Source of the DNA: an uncultured bacterium
GTDB lineage: Bacteria; Chloroflexota; UBA5177; JANWHV01
Length of the DNA stretch: 64,000 nt
Reading direction: 5' to 3'
NCBI GenBank assembly: GCA_963729625.1
Contig: CAVSOU010000010.1
Location: 160,001 to 224,000 of the forward strand
In this document: positions 1 to 9,396 of the stretch, one piece after another
Position numbering within the stretch: the stretch's first letter is position 1
How the letters are laid out: the number at the start of each line of letters is the position of its first letter
Notes under the pieces: generated by a model
What the model was told of the DNA's origin: nothing
Databases searched by the model: none
What the model saw: only the letters and a program-made list of their open reading frames with translations
Program-made: the position numbers and the translations under genes

Positions 1-1761
1 ATCCGTACTAATCGTGGCGTGCCAGCCCGCGGGCTTCCCTGTGTCGTCGAGAATGGTCAGAGCGTCTGTTACGGTTGTTCCTGCTATTCGCGCGGCGAGA
101 CTCCCGAGGTCGAGGGCAGGCATGGTACGACCCTGCACGCGCATAGCGATCTGAGCTGGGATGGTTCCTGCAGCTTGGAGAACCTTGACACTTGCCACAC
201 TGCCGATTAGTAGCTGGCCAGTACGATTCAGGTCGCCTCTGGCCTTCCGGAGGCCCGCGGCGCGAATGTCTTCAGCGTGCAGATACGCCATATCTGTTGT
301 CAACGTTATAGAAACGCGTGCGTACGGCCGCCCTCCCTGCGACGATCGCGTTTCCGAGAACGCGGTCTGGCGAGTCCTCTCCACAGTGCGAAGCGGACTC
401 TGCGAATACTCCTGGTTTAGCCATGACACTTCGGCAGCTGCCAACTTCGCTCTGGCGGCGTCGATGGCGGCCGTCTCATCTTGCTGCGTGATGGTATAGA
501 CAATCTTGCTGGTGCCGCCGGAGAGACCTGACGGATTCGTAACGAGCAAGACCCCGGCCAACCGCCCTTCAATTGCCGTGATCGCTCCCGCAGGCACATT
601 TGAGGCTGTCCCGCCCAGTAACGCTTCGATCGGAGCCAAAGCCTGCCCATTTGTCGTCCCGGAGAAGTTCTGCACCGCGCCGGGCACGTTGACAGCCTCT
701 GTCGTGGCAAAGCGCAGGCCGTCCCGCGCGGCCAAAGCAGTGCCGGCAGGGACTATGACAACGCCCGAGAGTGGGTTGGCGAACGCGATTGTGCCTGTGG
801 CACGCAAGTCCGGAATGAGCAACGTGCCCGTACCCACGATCTGTGCCGATAGCGACTGGGTAGTATGCGTGTGGTACAGCGGTAGCTCGTCCAGAGCCGT
901 CGATCCTACTGTGACCTGATACGTCCGATCAAACGGTCGCGGAGTAAAGACGATCGACACTGTGGCGAAAGGAAATAGCCACACCCAGCCGAGACCTGCG
1001 GCGCACAAAACCAGCAACGGCAGGGCAGCGATGCGCACCCACGGGCGACGCCGGTCAACCTCGGGGACTGCGCGTGCGCCATTTCCAGGATCCTCGCTCG
1101 CTGCCTCGCCCCCGAGGGCGGTTCCCGTGTCCAGACTTCCGGCGCCGGAACGGTGCCCGTGCGACACGAACGCCGGTGATGCGTGGTAGCCCGCGTGCTC
1201 GCTGTTACGCTCAGCGAGGTCGATAACGTCTCCGACTGCGGCGCTTTCGTGCAGCCCGGGCGGCCTGGTTGCGAGATCATGTCCGGGCACGATTGTAGCC
1301 GGGTCTCCCGGGGAGGCTAGAACCGGCGCCTGCGCCTCCGCGACTCCCTTCGACGGTGCAGTCGACAGCAACGCGTGCGGATGGGCTAGACCTTCCGCGA
1401 GCGCCTTGCGTGCTTCGCCAACTGTGGCGAAGCACGACACTCCGGCTCCCTGCAGGTGCGACACGGTTGCTCGGTCAGTGGCCACAGCTGCGACGCCGAT
1501 TCCTGCAGCCTGGGCCCGGCGTTTGAGAAGCCGCGCAGCCACGGCGCCGTGGACGGCACGGGCATTGTCCGGAAGCACGAGTATGGCCGGTGCCGGCGCC
1601 TCTTCCACGCGATCCAGCAGCACCGGAAGGTCGTCGTCCACGTCGATGTAGATCAAGCGAGGGGTTCCAAGCCCGACGTCTTCCACATTGTTCAGGACGC
1701 TCCCGGTAGCACCGCCTGAATGCACAGGCTGCCCGCTGGCGTCTTTAGGAGACAGAGGCAT
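1..1761 (-). CDS. Baseplate J/gp47-family-like bitopic membrane protein (partial; runs off left edge; absent from ORF track)
   Basis: Manual translation from ATG 1761 (GAGGT SD upstream) is open to position 1. It has an N-terminal LIYIDVDDDL..LLDRV domain, a disordered linker, one TM (IAALPLLVLCAAGLGWVWLFP) and then ATGTIAFAN..VPAGT..GLRFATT..NVPAGAI..VTNPSGLSGG, typical of baseplate-J-like domains. Confidence 0.8.
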   Translation of the reverse strand, partial: MPLSPKDASGQPVHSGGATGSVLNNVEDVGLGTPRLIYIDVDDDLPVLLDRVEEAPAPAILVLPDNARAVHGAVAARLLKRRAQAAGIGVAAVATDRATVSHLQGAGVSCFATVGEARKALAEGLAHPHALLSTAPSKGVAEAQAPVLASPGDPATIVPGHDLATRPPGLHESAAVGDVIDLAERNSEHAGYHASPAFVSHGHRSGAGSLDTGTALGGEAASEDPGNGARAVPEVDRRRPWVRIAALPLLVLCAAGLGWVWLFPFATVSIVFTPRPFDRTYQVTVGSTALDELPLYHTHTTQSLSAQIVGTGTLLIPDLRATGTIAFANPLSGVVIVPAGTALAARDGLRFATTEAVNVPGAVQNFSGTTNGQALAPIEALLGGTASNVPAGAITAIEGRLAGVLLVTNPSGLSGGTSKIVYTITQQDETAAIDAARAKLAAAEVSWLNQEYSQSPLRTVERTRQTAFSETRSSQGGRPYARVSITLTTDMAYLHAEDIRAAGLRKARGDLNRTGQLLIGSVASVKVLQAAGTIPAQIAMRVQGRTMPALDLGSLAARIAGTTVTDALTILDDTGKPAGWHATISTD

Positions 1762-1784
1762 CGGTGGGTTACCTCGCCTTCACG

Positions 1785-3038
1785 CTAGAGCCTGAGCGCG
1801 CGGACGGCGCGAACGAGGGCATCCGTGGCAATGGAAGCCGGCAGTTGCATTGCCAGAGTCTGAAATGCGAGGCCCAGGGCAGTAATGTCCTGCCGGGTTG
1901 TAAGTCCGCCCGTTTCATCGCGCATCGATCCGACGTCCCCCGGTTCGATAACTGTGACTTTCGGCGGCCGAGCGCAAGGAAGCTGCTCGGTCCAGGGAAA
2001 GCTCTCGAGCCGCTCGACTATGTCCGGAAGCCCGGAGGCGCCTCCGCAAAGATAGATGTGTGGAGGCAACCTGCCTTCGCCGCTCAGTTCTTCGAGAATC
2101 AGTTGAACGCCGTCCATCCACGTCGAGACGTCCCGGTCAAGCACCTGTTTCACATCACGCATGTCGCCCACCCGCAGCTCGCCATGCGCGTATTGCAGCT
2201 TCAAGGCCTCTGCAGTGTCGAGGTCGACGCCCCGCTCGATGGAGATACGTCTTGTGAAGGCACGTCCCGCCAACGCAAATGACTGCGTTGCCTCTATGCC
2301 CCCATTGCGCACTAGGGCGACGTCCGTCGTACCTCCGCCAATGTCGACAAAGATGCCTCCCGCGTCCGAAGCTATGGCCGGGGCAAGGCAGCTCGCCACC
2401 GCGAAAGGCTCGGCGACGACACTCAGAAGCTCAAGGCTGAGGTGGCGTGCAATCGACTCCGATGCGCCAACATGGACGAGAGGAGCAAACGCATTGAAGA
2501 CGGTGACCTGGAGATACCGCCCCTGAAAGCCGAGTGGATTGCTGACCAAGTGCCCATCCATCTTGATCGAGACGATCGACGAATTGACGAGTCGGACATC
2601 GACGATGGGCTGGCCCATCTCGGTCGATAACCGGTCGGTGACACGCCTGAGCGCCAGTCGCTGAACGCGCTCCATCACATCTTCGATCTCTTCCATGCCC
2701 AAGGGATCGGCAGGTCTGTCGCGCTCAATGGTGACCGCCGTTGCCATGCCCTTGACGAGTTCGCCCGCAAGCCCCACTATGGCGCGCTTGCTGACCCGCC
2801 CTGCCATGCGTTCGGCGGCGCTCAGAGCTGCGTGGCAGTTCTCGACGACCGCTTCTATATCGGTGATCAGACCGTTCTCCATCGCGGTCCGGGTCTGTCG
2901 GTGCCGGCCAAAGCCTCGGACCACTCCGACGCCGCCCTCGACAGTAAAGACCAGTGCCTTGGCGTATTCGGTCCCGATATCAAGAGCTGCAAACGCGGCC
3001 GGAGTCGACTTGCGGAAAGGGACACTAAAAGCCGGCAT
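1785..3038 (-). CDS. FtsA-like actin-fold ATPase (paralog not linked to ftsZ)
   Basis: Phosphate-1 LDIGTEYAK, phosphate-2 VDIGGGTTD and adenosine LCGGASGL motifs; FtsA-like GLITDIE segment; amphipathic C-terminus ATDALVRAVRALRL. Confidence 0.85.
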   Translation of the reverse strand: MPAFSVPFRKSTPAAFAALDIGTEYAKALVFTVEGGVGVVRGFGRHRQTRTAMENGLITDIEAVVENCHAALSAAERMAGRVSKRAIVGLAGELVKGMATAVTIERDRPADPLGMEEIEDVMERVQRLALRRVTDRLSTEMGQPIVDVRLVNSSIVSIKMDGHLVSNPLGFQGRYLQVTVFNAFAPLVHVGASESIARHLSLELLSVVAEPFAVASCLAPAIASDAGGIFVDIGGGTTDVALVRNGGIEATQSFALAGRAFTRRISIERGVDLDTAEALKLQYAHGELRVGDMRDVKQVLDRDVSTWMDGVQLILEELSGEGRLPPHIYLCGGASGLPDIVERLESFPWTEQLPCARPPKVTVIEPGDVGSMRDETGGLTTRQDITALGLAFQTLAMQLPASIATDALVRAVRALRL

Positions 3039-3175
3039 CGTCGCTGTGCACCAATTTTCGTAGCCCACTCACGAAAAGAGCAGGAGTGGCAACACCACAC
3101 CTACTCTCCATCGTGTCGTGAAATGGAGCGGACCGCAAAGGCACTGTCCACAGGTTTTGCAGGAAACGCGCCGGC

Positions 3176-3496
3176 CTATCGAGGTTTGCGATCGGTCAAC
3201 GATGCCTTCTTCGCGGCTTCGAACTGCTCGGTGAGCTCTTTCCGCGTCAGCGCTGCCGTCGCGCGGCCTTCTTCAACTGCCAGTTGAATCTGCGCTCGCA
3301 CTTCGGAAACAAACATACGTGCGCGATCCACGAAGCCGTTGATCGGCTCGAAAGGGGTCGGACGTGACACGTGCTTGCCTGAGTCCTGCACAGCAGGTAC
3401 GGCAATGTTGGCTCGAGACGACAGGAGCAGCGCAATTCCGCCCCCAAGCGCAGCGCCCACCGCTAGACCAGAGAAGAGTCTTCCGGCCCGGGACAT
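3176..3496 (-). CDS. YtxH-like small protein (N-terminal TM plus helical tail)
   Basis: LFSGLAVGAALGGGIALLLS N-terminus followed by a charged helical region (AVEEGRATAALTRKEL). Confidence 0.65.
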   Translation of the reverse strand: MSRAGRLFSGLAVGAALGGGIALLLSSRANIAVPAVQDSGKHVSRPTPFEPINGFVDRARMFVSEVRAQIQLAVEEGRATAALTRKELTEQFEAAKKASLTDRKPR

Positions 3497-3519
3497 GCCA
3501 ACTCCCTGCACCCACAATC

Positions 3520-3789
3520 CTAACTTCGAGTCTGATTATACCATACGGCGGCAAACCTCAGGCCGACGAACATGACAATTGTAAACGCCAAGCCGGTGCC
3601 CAATTCAACAGACCCAACGTTAAAATACGCGATGCCTGCGGCACGACCGAACACCTGGCCGATCAGCATCGCTACAACGCCCAGCACCCAATAGACCGGG
3701 AAATAGTATAGGGGTTTCCCCGTGACCAAGCCGGCGACGCTTGCGGTCACAAAGGCAACGACGAACACGAGCAGGAGCTGGGGAGACAT
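3520..3789 (-). CDS. Small 3-TM membrane protein (GlsB/YeaQ/YmgE-like)
   Basis: 89 aa with three hydrophobic Gly-rich segments; fits tightly between co-directional genes. Confidence 0.65.
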   Translation of the reverse strand: MSPQLLLVFVVAFVTASVAGLVTGKPLYYFPVYWVLGVVAMLIGQVFGRAAGIAYFNVGSVELGTGLAFTIVMFVGLRFAAVWYNQTRS

Positions 3790-3834
3790 ATCCCTAGCAG
3801 CCGCAGGCGGCAGCGGAAACCTCAGCTGCCATAG

Positions 3835-5055
3835 TTACCGCCCCGCCAACAGGTCCTGCTCTGCGCGTTGTAGCTGCAGGTCATTGCCTGCAGCCGGTTG
3901 CTGAACGATGAGATCGGGCGTGATGCCCTGCCCTTCGACCTGATGCTGCTTTGGCGTGAGCCACAAGGTCGTGGTGATCCGAAGGCTCGACCCGTCTGCA
4001 AGCTGCTTCTCCTCCTGCTCGCTGCCTTTGCCGTAGGTCGTCGCGCCGATGACCCGCGCCCGGCCATTTTCCTGCAATGCCGCGGCGAGAATTTCGGCTG
4101 CACTTGCGGTGTCGCCGTTCACAAGCACGTCAACTGGCACGCTCTGGGCGATGCCCGGAGACGAGACTCTGTTTGCGGTGGAGTGATAGACATTGTTCCC
4201 CAGGTTCGTCTTCTCCCACCAGATTATGGCGTTCGTTGGCAAAAACTCGCCCGCGATCTGGCGTGCCTGCTCGACATAACCACCAAGGTTGTTCCGCAAG
4301 TCGATGACCAGGTACTTCACGTGCATCGCGTGCAAGAGCAGGCTGATCGCGCCGCGCACGCCCTTCGCGGAGTCGGAACCGAACACGGTGAAGCCGACAT
4401 ACCCTATAGCGCCGTTTGTCGCGTACATCACTGTGGGTACAGCCCCACGTACGACGCGCACCGATAGGGGCGCATGGAGCGGCTCGCGCGTGATCGTCAG
4501 GTTGACGCTCGTGCCGCTCCTGCCGTGGATGAGTGCCAATGCGCGAGCCGACGCCAGTTGCCGAATGTCCTTTCCGTCGACCGTCGTAATCACATCGCCT
4601 TGTTTCAGACCCGCGCGAACCGCGGGCGAATCAAAGCCCAGCGCAGTGATCTGCAGACCTCCGGCGGTTTGTCGGACGCTCGCACCAATTCCGTACAGCG
4701 ACTGATCGTTGAGTTGTTGGTACTGGTAGGTGCTCTCCGCCGGTGGCAAGTAGACGGTATGCTGATCCTTTGCGCAACAATTGTCCACCAGGCCAGCGAC
4801 GGCGCCTTGGAGCAACTGCTTCGTATCGAAAGGTCTCCAGTAGCTGTCCGTGTTCAACGTCTGATAGGCAAGCCAGAGATCGTCGAGCGACTGATCCATG
4901 TTTGCCGGCACCGAGACCCCACCGATCACATACTGCTTGTCGTTCTGCTTGGCAGTTCCTATGCTGACACCCGCCGCGAAACTTGTGGCCATCACGGCCA
5001 GTATCAGCATCGCCGCCAGCACGCTCACCCGCCCCCGGTTGCCACGGCTAATCAT
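3835..5055 (-). CDS. S41-family carboxyl-terminal processing protease (PDZ plus protease)
   Basis: N-terminal signal/TM, PDZ (GIGA..SPAVRAGLKQGDVI), IDLRNNLGG, catalytic TASAAE (Ser) and TYGKGS (Lys). Confidence 0.93.
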   Translation of the reverse strand: MISRGNRGRVSVLAAMLILAVMATSFAAGVSIGTAKQNDKQYVIGGVSVPANMDQSLDDLWLAYQTLNTDSYWRPFDTKQLLQGAVAGLVDNCCAKDQHTVYLPPAESTYQYQQLNDQSLYGIGASVRQTAGGLQITALGFDSPAVRAGLKQGDVITTVDGKDIRQLASARALALIHGRSGTSVNLTITREPLHAPLSVRVVRGAVPTVMYATNGAIGYVGFTVFGSDSAKGVRGAISLLLHAMHVKYLVIDLRNNLGGYVEQARQIAGEFLPTNAIIWWEKTNLGNNVYHSTANRVSSPGIAQSVPVDVLVNGDTASAAEILAAALQENGRARVIGATTYGKGSEQEEKQLADGSSLRITTTLWLTPKQHQVEGQGITPDLIVQQPAAGNDLQLQRAEQDLLAGR

Positions 5056-5108
5056 GGAGCATGCTTCCTTGCGGTTCAGTCCCCCCGCTGAGGCGGAGCA
5101 ACCGCAAA

Positions 5109-6231
5109 CTATTCTGCCATCTGGGCGCGGAGAAACGCTCCCATGAACGGATCGAGGTCTCCATCCAGCACTCCGTAGACGTCTGTAGTCTCATGACCGG
5201 TTCGTTCGTCCTTGACAGCAGTATACGGATGCAAAACGTAAGACCGATCGCGGTTACCGAAGTTGGCCGCGATCGGCTCTCCTCGGAGTCGTGCCTGCTC
5301 TTCTTCGCGGCGGTGCAGCTCAATATCGAGTAACTTTGCCTGAAGGATTGTCATAGCAACCTGGCGATTCTGCAATTGAGACCGTTCGTTTTGGCAGGTC
5401 ACCACGATTCCCGTGGGCAAGTGCGTGAGGCGGACAGCAGACGACACCTTGTTGACATTCTGCCCACCAGCCCCCGTCGACCGGTAATGATCTTCTCGGA
5501 TATCCTTGGCGTCGACGACGATTTCAGGCGCGCCTTCATCGATCGCAGGCAGGACCTCCACTGCAGAAAAACTTGTCTGGCGGCGATGGGCGGAGTCAAA
5601 CGGCGACAGACGGACCAGTCGATGACTGCCGCGCTCGGACAGCAGATACCCGTATGCGTAGAGTCCATCTATCTCGATTGTGGCGTTCTTGAACCCGGCT
5701 TCTTCACCCTCGGTACTCTCGATTAGCTCGGCCTTGAATCCGCGGCGCTCGGCCCATCTGAGATACATGCGGGTGAGCATCTCTGTCCAGTCCTGCGCGT
5801 CGACACCTCCTGCGCCGGTTGTAATGGTGACCACCGCGTTATGGTCTGAGTACGGCCTGTCAAGCATCAAATCGAGCTCGCCTTTGTCCAGGTCCTGCCC
5901 GACCTCTTCGACCTGGCCAGCTACCTCCGCCAGGAAGCTCACATCGCCAGTCGCGAGCTCTGCCATATCGGCAAGCTCGCGGAGATGCGTCGACATTGCC
6001 TCCCAACTGCTGAGCTTCTGCTTGAGCACGGTAAGCCGCTGCAGAACGCCGGCCGCATGCTTCGGATCATTCCAAAGCGCGCCGTCAGACGCCTGCCGCT
6101 CGAGATCTTCGATTTGCGCGCGTTTTCCGGGTGCGTCAAAGACGCACCAATAGGCCTTCGAGGCGCGCTCGAAGTGCCCCTATCTTCGACTGAACTTCCT
6201 CTTGCGAGAGGATTCTGCTAGCTTCGACCAT
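5109..6231 (-). CDS. prfB: Peptide chain release factor 2, expressed through a programmed +1 frameshift
   Basis: SPF and GGQ motifs. A 31-codon first frame (MVEASRILSQEEV...LLVRL) ends at CTT-TGA-C, and the +1 frame continues DAPGKRAQIEDLE..LWNDP. Confidence 0.96.
6135..6150 (-). promoter_or_regulatory. prfB +1 frameshift cassette (TTGGTG-CGT-CTTTGAC)
   Basis: Canonical CTTTGAC slippery/stop site at 6141-6135 with an SD-like GGTG three nt upstream. Confidence 0.9.
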
Positions 6232-8905
6232 GGCACTGCTTGTACTTCCTACCGCTTCCGCACGGACACGGATCGTTGCGGCCGACTTTGGACGACGGGC
6301 CGGTTGTCTTTGGCGCGCCCATGCTTGTTCGAGTCATCGGGCCCTCCGAGCGCACGACCTGCCGAGCAGCCGGGCTGGCGACGGCGCTTGCCCCCATAGC
6401 CGCATCGGGTGAATGAGGACCGCTTGCGATCGCGGACATGGTGGTCGGCGGCGCGAACGTCGGCATAGGGGGTGGCGGCGGCTGTTGCTGCACTTCGAAT
6501 TGATAAATCACGTGCACTACCTCATGGCGAATCATCTCCTGCAGGTCGCCAAACATAACCGACGCGGTCTTGCGGAACTCTACCAGTGGGTCGCGCTGAC
6601 CGGCGGTTTGGAGCTGAACGCCTTCCCGCAGCTCGTCGAGGGCGTCGATATGCTGAATCCAGCGCCGATCGATAATCGACAGCAGGATGAATCGCTCCAC
6701 CTGGCGCACGATCTCGGAGCCAATTCGCTCCTCCCGCCGCTCATAGGCGAGATCGGCCTCGTCCAGGACCTCCTGGATAACGTCAGCCTTCTTCTGCGCT
6801 CGAATGTACGTGTCGTTGAACTCTGGCGGAGCAGGGAATACAGCGCCTAGCGCCTTCAGCATGCCGTCGACATCCCAGTTGTCGGCATACGTGTCCGCGA
6901 GATGGATTTCCGCGATGCTCGTAAGCTCCTCGTGCACCATCTGGATGATAATGTCGGAGACATCCTCACCTGCCAGGATTCGCTGCCGATCGGCGTAGAT
7001 AACGGCACGCTGGCCTGCTATCACATCGTCATACTGGACAAGGTACTTGCGAGCGTCGAAGTTCCAGCCCTCGACCTTCGTCTGCGCGCTTTCAATGCTT
7101 CGGCTGACCATGGTGTTCTCGATGGGCTCGTCGTCTGGCAAACCAAGCCTGTCGAGAATGCCCTTCACGCGGTCCGATCCCACGCGTCGCATGAGGTCGT
7201 CCTCAAGCGACACGTAGAAGCGAGAGGATCCCGGGTCACCTTGCCGGCCCGATCGTCCTCGAAGCTGGTTGTCGATCCGACGTGACTCGTGACGCTCGGT
7301 GCCGATAATATGAAGGCCGCCGACACCAACAACCCCTTCGCCAAGCTTGATGTCCGTGCCTCGGCCAGCCATATTCGTCGCGATGGTCACAACGCCGCGC
7401 TGTCCGGCCCTTTCCACGATCGCGGCTTCGCGTTCGTGCTGCTTGGCATTGAGCACGCTATGGGCAACGCCGGCGCGAAGAAGCAGCGTAGATAGGAGCT
7501 CCGACTTCTCAATCGACGTGGTGCCGACGAGAACGGGTTGGCCGATCTCTTGCTTCTGCTTGATTGCCTGGACGACCGCATTGAACTTCGCCGCTTCCGT
7601 CTTGAAGACGATGTCGTTCATATCCTTGCGAATCATCGGCATGTTCGTGGGAACAGCCACCACGTCGAGCCGATAGATCTTGAGGAACTCCTCCTGCTCC
7701 GTGGTCGCCGTGCCGGTCATTCCGGCCAGTTTCTTGTAAAGGCGGAAGTAGTTCTGGAAGGTAATCGTGGCCTGGGTAATGTTCTCGCGTTCGATGCGGA
7801 CGCCTTCCTTGGCCTCCAGCGCCTGGTGCAACCCCTCGCTGAACCGCCTTCCCTCGAGCGCGCGCCCCGTGAACTCGTCGACTATTATCACCTTGCCGTC
7901 GCGAACGAGGTAATCCTTATCGCGCTTGAAGATGGCGTGCGCCTTCAAAGCCTGTTCGAGGTAATGGGCCAGCTCGTAGTTCTTCTCGTCATAGATGTTC
8001 TCGACGCCAAGCAGACGCTCCATGTGCGTGATTCCGCTTTCGCTCAGCGTCACTGCCCGCATCTTATGATCGACTTCGTAGTCGTCACCTTCGCGCAGTT
8101 TCGGCACTAGCCGCGCGAAGTGATAGTACGTCTCCGCGGACTCCTCAGCCTGGCCGCTGATGATCAGCGGCGTCCGCGCTTCGTCGATCAGGATGTTGTC
8201 GACTTCGTCGACGATACCGTAGGCCAGTGGCCGCTGCACGCATTGGTCGAGCGACTGGGCAAGGTTGTCACGCAGGTAGTCAAAGCCGAATTCGTTATTC
8301 GTGCCGTAGAGGATGTCCGAGTCGTAGGCTTCTTTCTTGGTGGTCGGACGAAGATGACGAAGGCGTTCGTCAGTGGGATGCTCGTCGGTGTAGTCCGGGT
8401 CGAACGCAAATGACGTGTCGCCGGCCCCTCCGCTTGAAATAATGCACCCCGTCGACACCCCGAGCAGATTGAATATTCGGCCGTTCCATCCGGCATCACG
8501 GCGGGCCAGATAATCGTTGACAGTAACCAGGTGCACGCCCTCGCCGGTAAGTGAATTCAGGTACGCAGGAAGCGTGGCGACCAGTGTCTTACCCTCGCCT
8601 GTCTTCATCTCGGCGATCTTGCCGGCATGAAGCACGACCCCGCCGACAAGCTGAACGTCAAAAGGGCGCTGGCCGAGCGTCCTCCGCGCAGCCTCGCGCA
8701 CATTCGCAAACGCTTCTGGCAGCAGGTCGTCAAGACTCTCGCCGTCCTTGTAACGCTGGCGCAGCTCATCAGTTTTCTCGGCGAGCTGCGCGTCCGACAA
8801 CTCGACAAAGCCAGGCTCGAGCTCGTTAATTTCGTCGACGACCGGTTGGATCCGCTTGAGCTCCTTTTCGTTTGGATCTCCGAGGATCTTGGTGAACCAG
8901 GGCAT
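6218..8905 (-). CDS. secA: Preprotein translocase ATPase SecA
   Basis: AEMKTGEGKTL, DEVDNILIDEARTPLIISG, IATNMAGRGTDI, RGRSGRQGDPG and a C-terminal SEC-C motif GRNDPCPCGSGRKYKQCHG; start taken at MPWFTKILG. Confidence 0.98.
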   Translation of the reverse strand: MPWFTKILGDPNEKELKRIQPVVDEINELEPGFVELSDAQLAEKTDELRQRYKDGESLDDLLPEAFANVREAARRTLGQRPFDVQLVGGVVLHAGKIAEMKTGEGKTLVATLPAYLNSLTGEGVHLVTVNDYLARRDAGWNGRIFNLLGVSTGCIISSGGAGDTSFAFDPDYTDEHPTDERLRHLRPTTKKEAYDSDILYGTNNEFGFDYLRDNLAQSLDQCVQRPLAYGIVDEVDNILIDEARTPLIISGQAEESAETYYHFARLVPKLREGDDYEVDHKMRAVTLSESGITHMERLLGVENIYDEKNYELAHYLEQALKAHAIFKRDKDYLVRDGKVIIVDEFTGRALEGRRFSEGLHQALEAKEGVRIERENITQATITFQNYFRLYKKLAGMTGTATTEQEEFLKIYRLDVVAVPTNMPMIRKDMNDIVFKTEAAKFNAVVQAIKQKQEIGQPVLVGTTSIEKSELLSTLLLRAGVAHSVLNAKQHEREAAIVERAGQRGVVTIATNMAGRGTDIKLGEGVVGVGGLHIIGTERHESRRIDNQLRGRSGRQGDPGSSRFYVSLEDDLMRRVGSDRVKGILDRLGLPDDEPIENTMVSRSIESAQTKVEGWNFDARKYLVQYDDVIAGQRAVIYADRQRILAGEDVSDIIIQMVHEELTSIAEIHLADTYADNWDVDGMLKALGAVFPAPPEFNDTYIRAQKKADVIQEVLDEADLAYERREERIGSEIVRQVERFILLSIIDRRWIQHIDALDELREGVQLQTAGQRDPLVEFRKTASVMFGDLQEMIRHEVVHVIYQFEVQQQPPPPPMPTFAPPTTMSAIASGPHSPDAAMGASAVASPAARQVVRSEGPMTRTSMGAPKTTGPSSKVGRNDPCPCGSGRKYKQCHGRS

Positions 8906-9396
8906 CAGCCAGTCCTTATGAACGGCAAGCGACAGCGCTTGGCAGTGACTTCGCAAAGCATTCGCGGCATGGGCTAGTCTAGCACACAGTCCATGTCGGG
9001 ACAACGAAATGATACGTCCTGCGGAGCTTACGTGGTGCGATAATCAGTCTCACCGATGCAAGACTGGGCTTCCTGCCCGAGTGGTGCGATTCCAATCCGT
9101 GGATGACATACCTCTTGCTGGGAACGCTTGAAGGTGGCACTATGCTGTCAGCGTGCCGCTACAGAGCGCAGTGGGCTTCATAGAGTTTGAAGCGACTTGA
9201 TGCGGGTATGCCTAGTGGTGCTGGAGAAACTCGAATAGCGTGTCAAGGCTGTCGATAGCGTGTCTCACGATTGCAGGCGCACAGACATCTCAGAGGTATC
9301 GCGCTGTCGGCGCCCGTTGTCCGCCTCGTGGACGACGGGGAACATACGATCGAATCCTCGTCGCTCCGCATGTGGTCAGCGCGTGATTGAGGTGGA

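Noticed and set aside
1-1761. Prophage or contractile injection system implied by the baseplate-J domain
   Set aside because: The protein is membrane-anchored and sits among housekeeping genes, with no sheath, tube or spike genes in view. The left flank cannot be seen.
9050-9109. 19-aa uORF upstream of secA (MSSTDWNRTTRAGSPVLHR) with a SecM-like RAGSP motif
   Set aside because: It is too short, has no signal peptide to sense secretion, its SD abuts the ATG, and it ends about 145 nt from secA. Probably chance.
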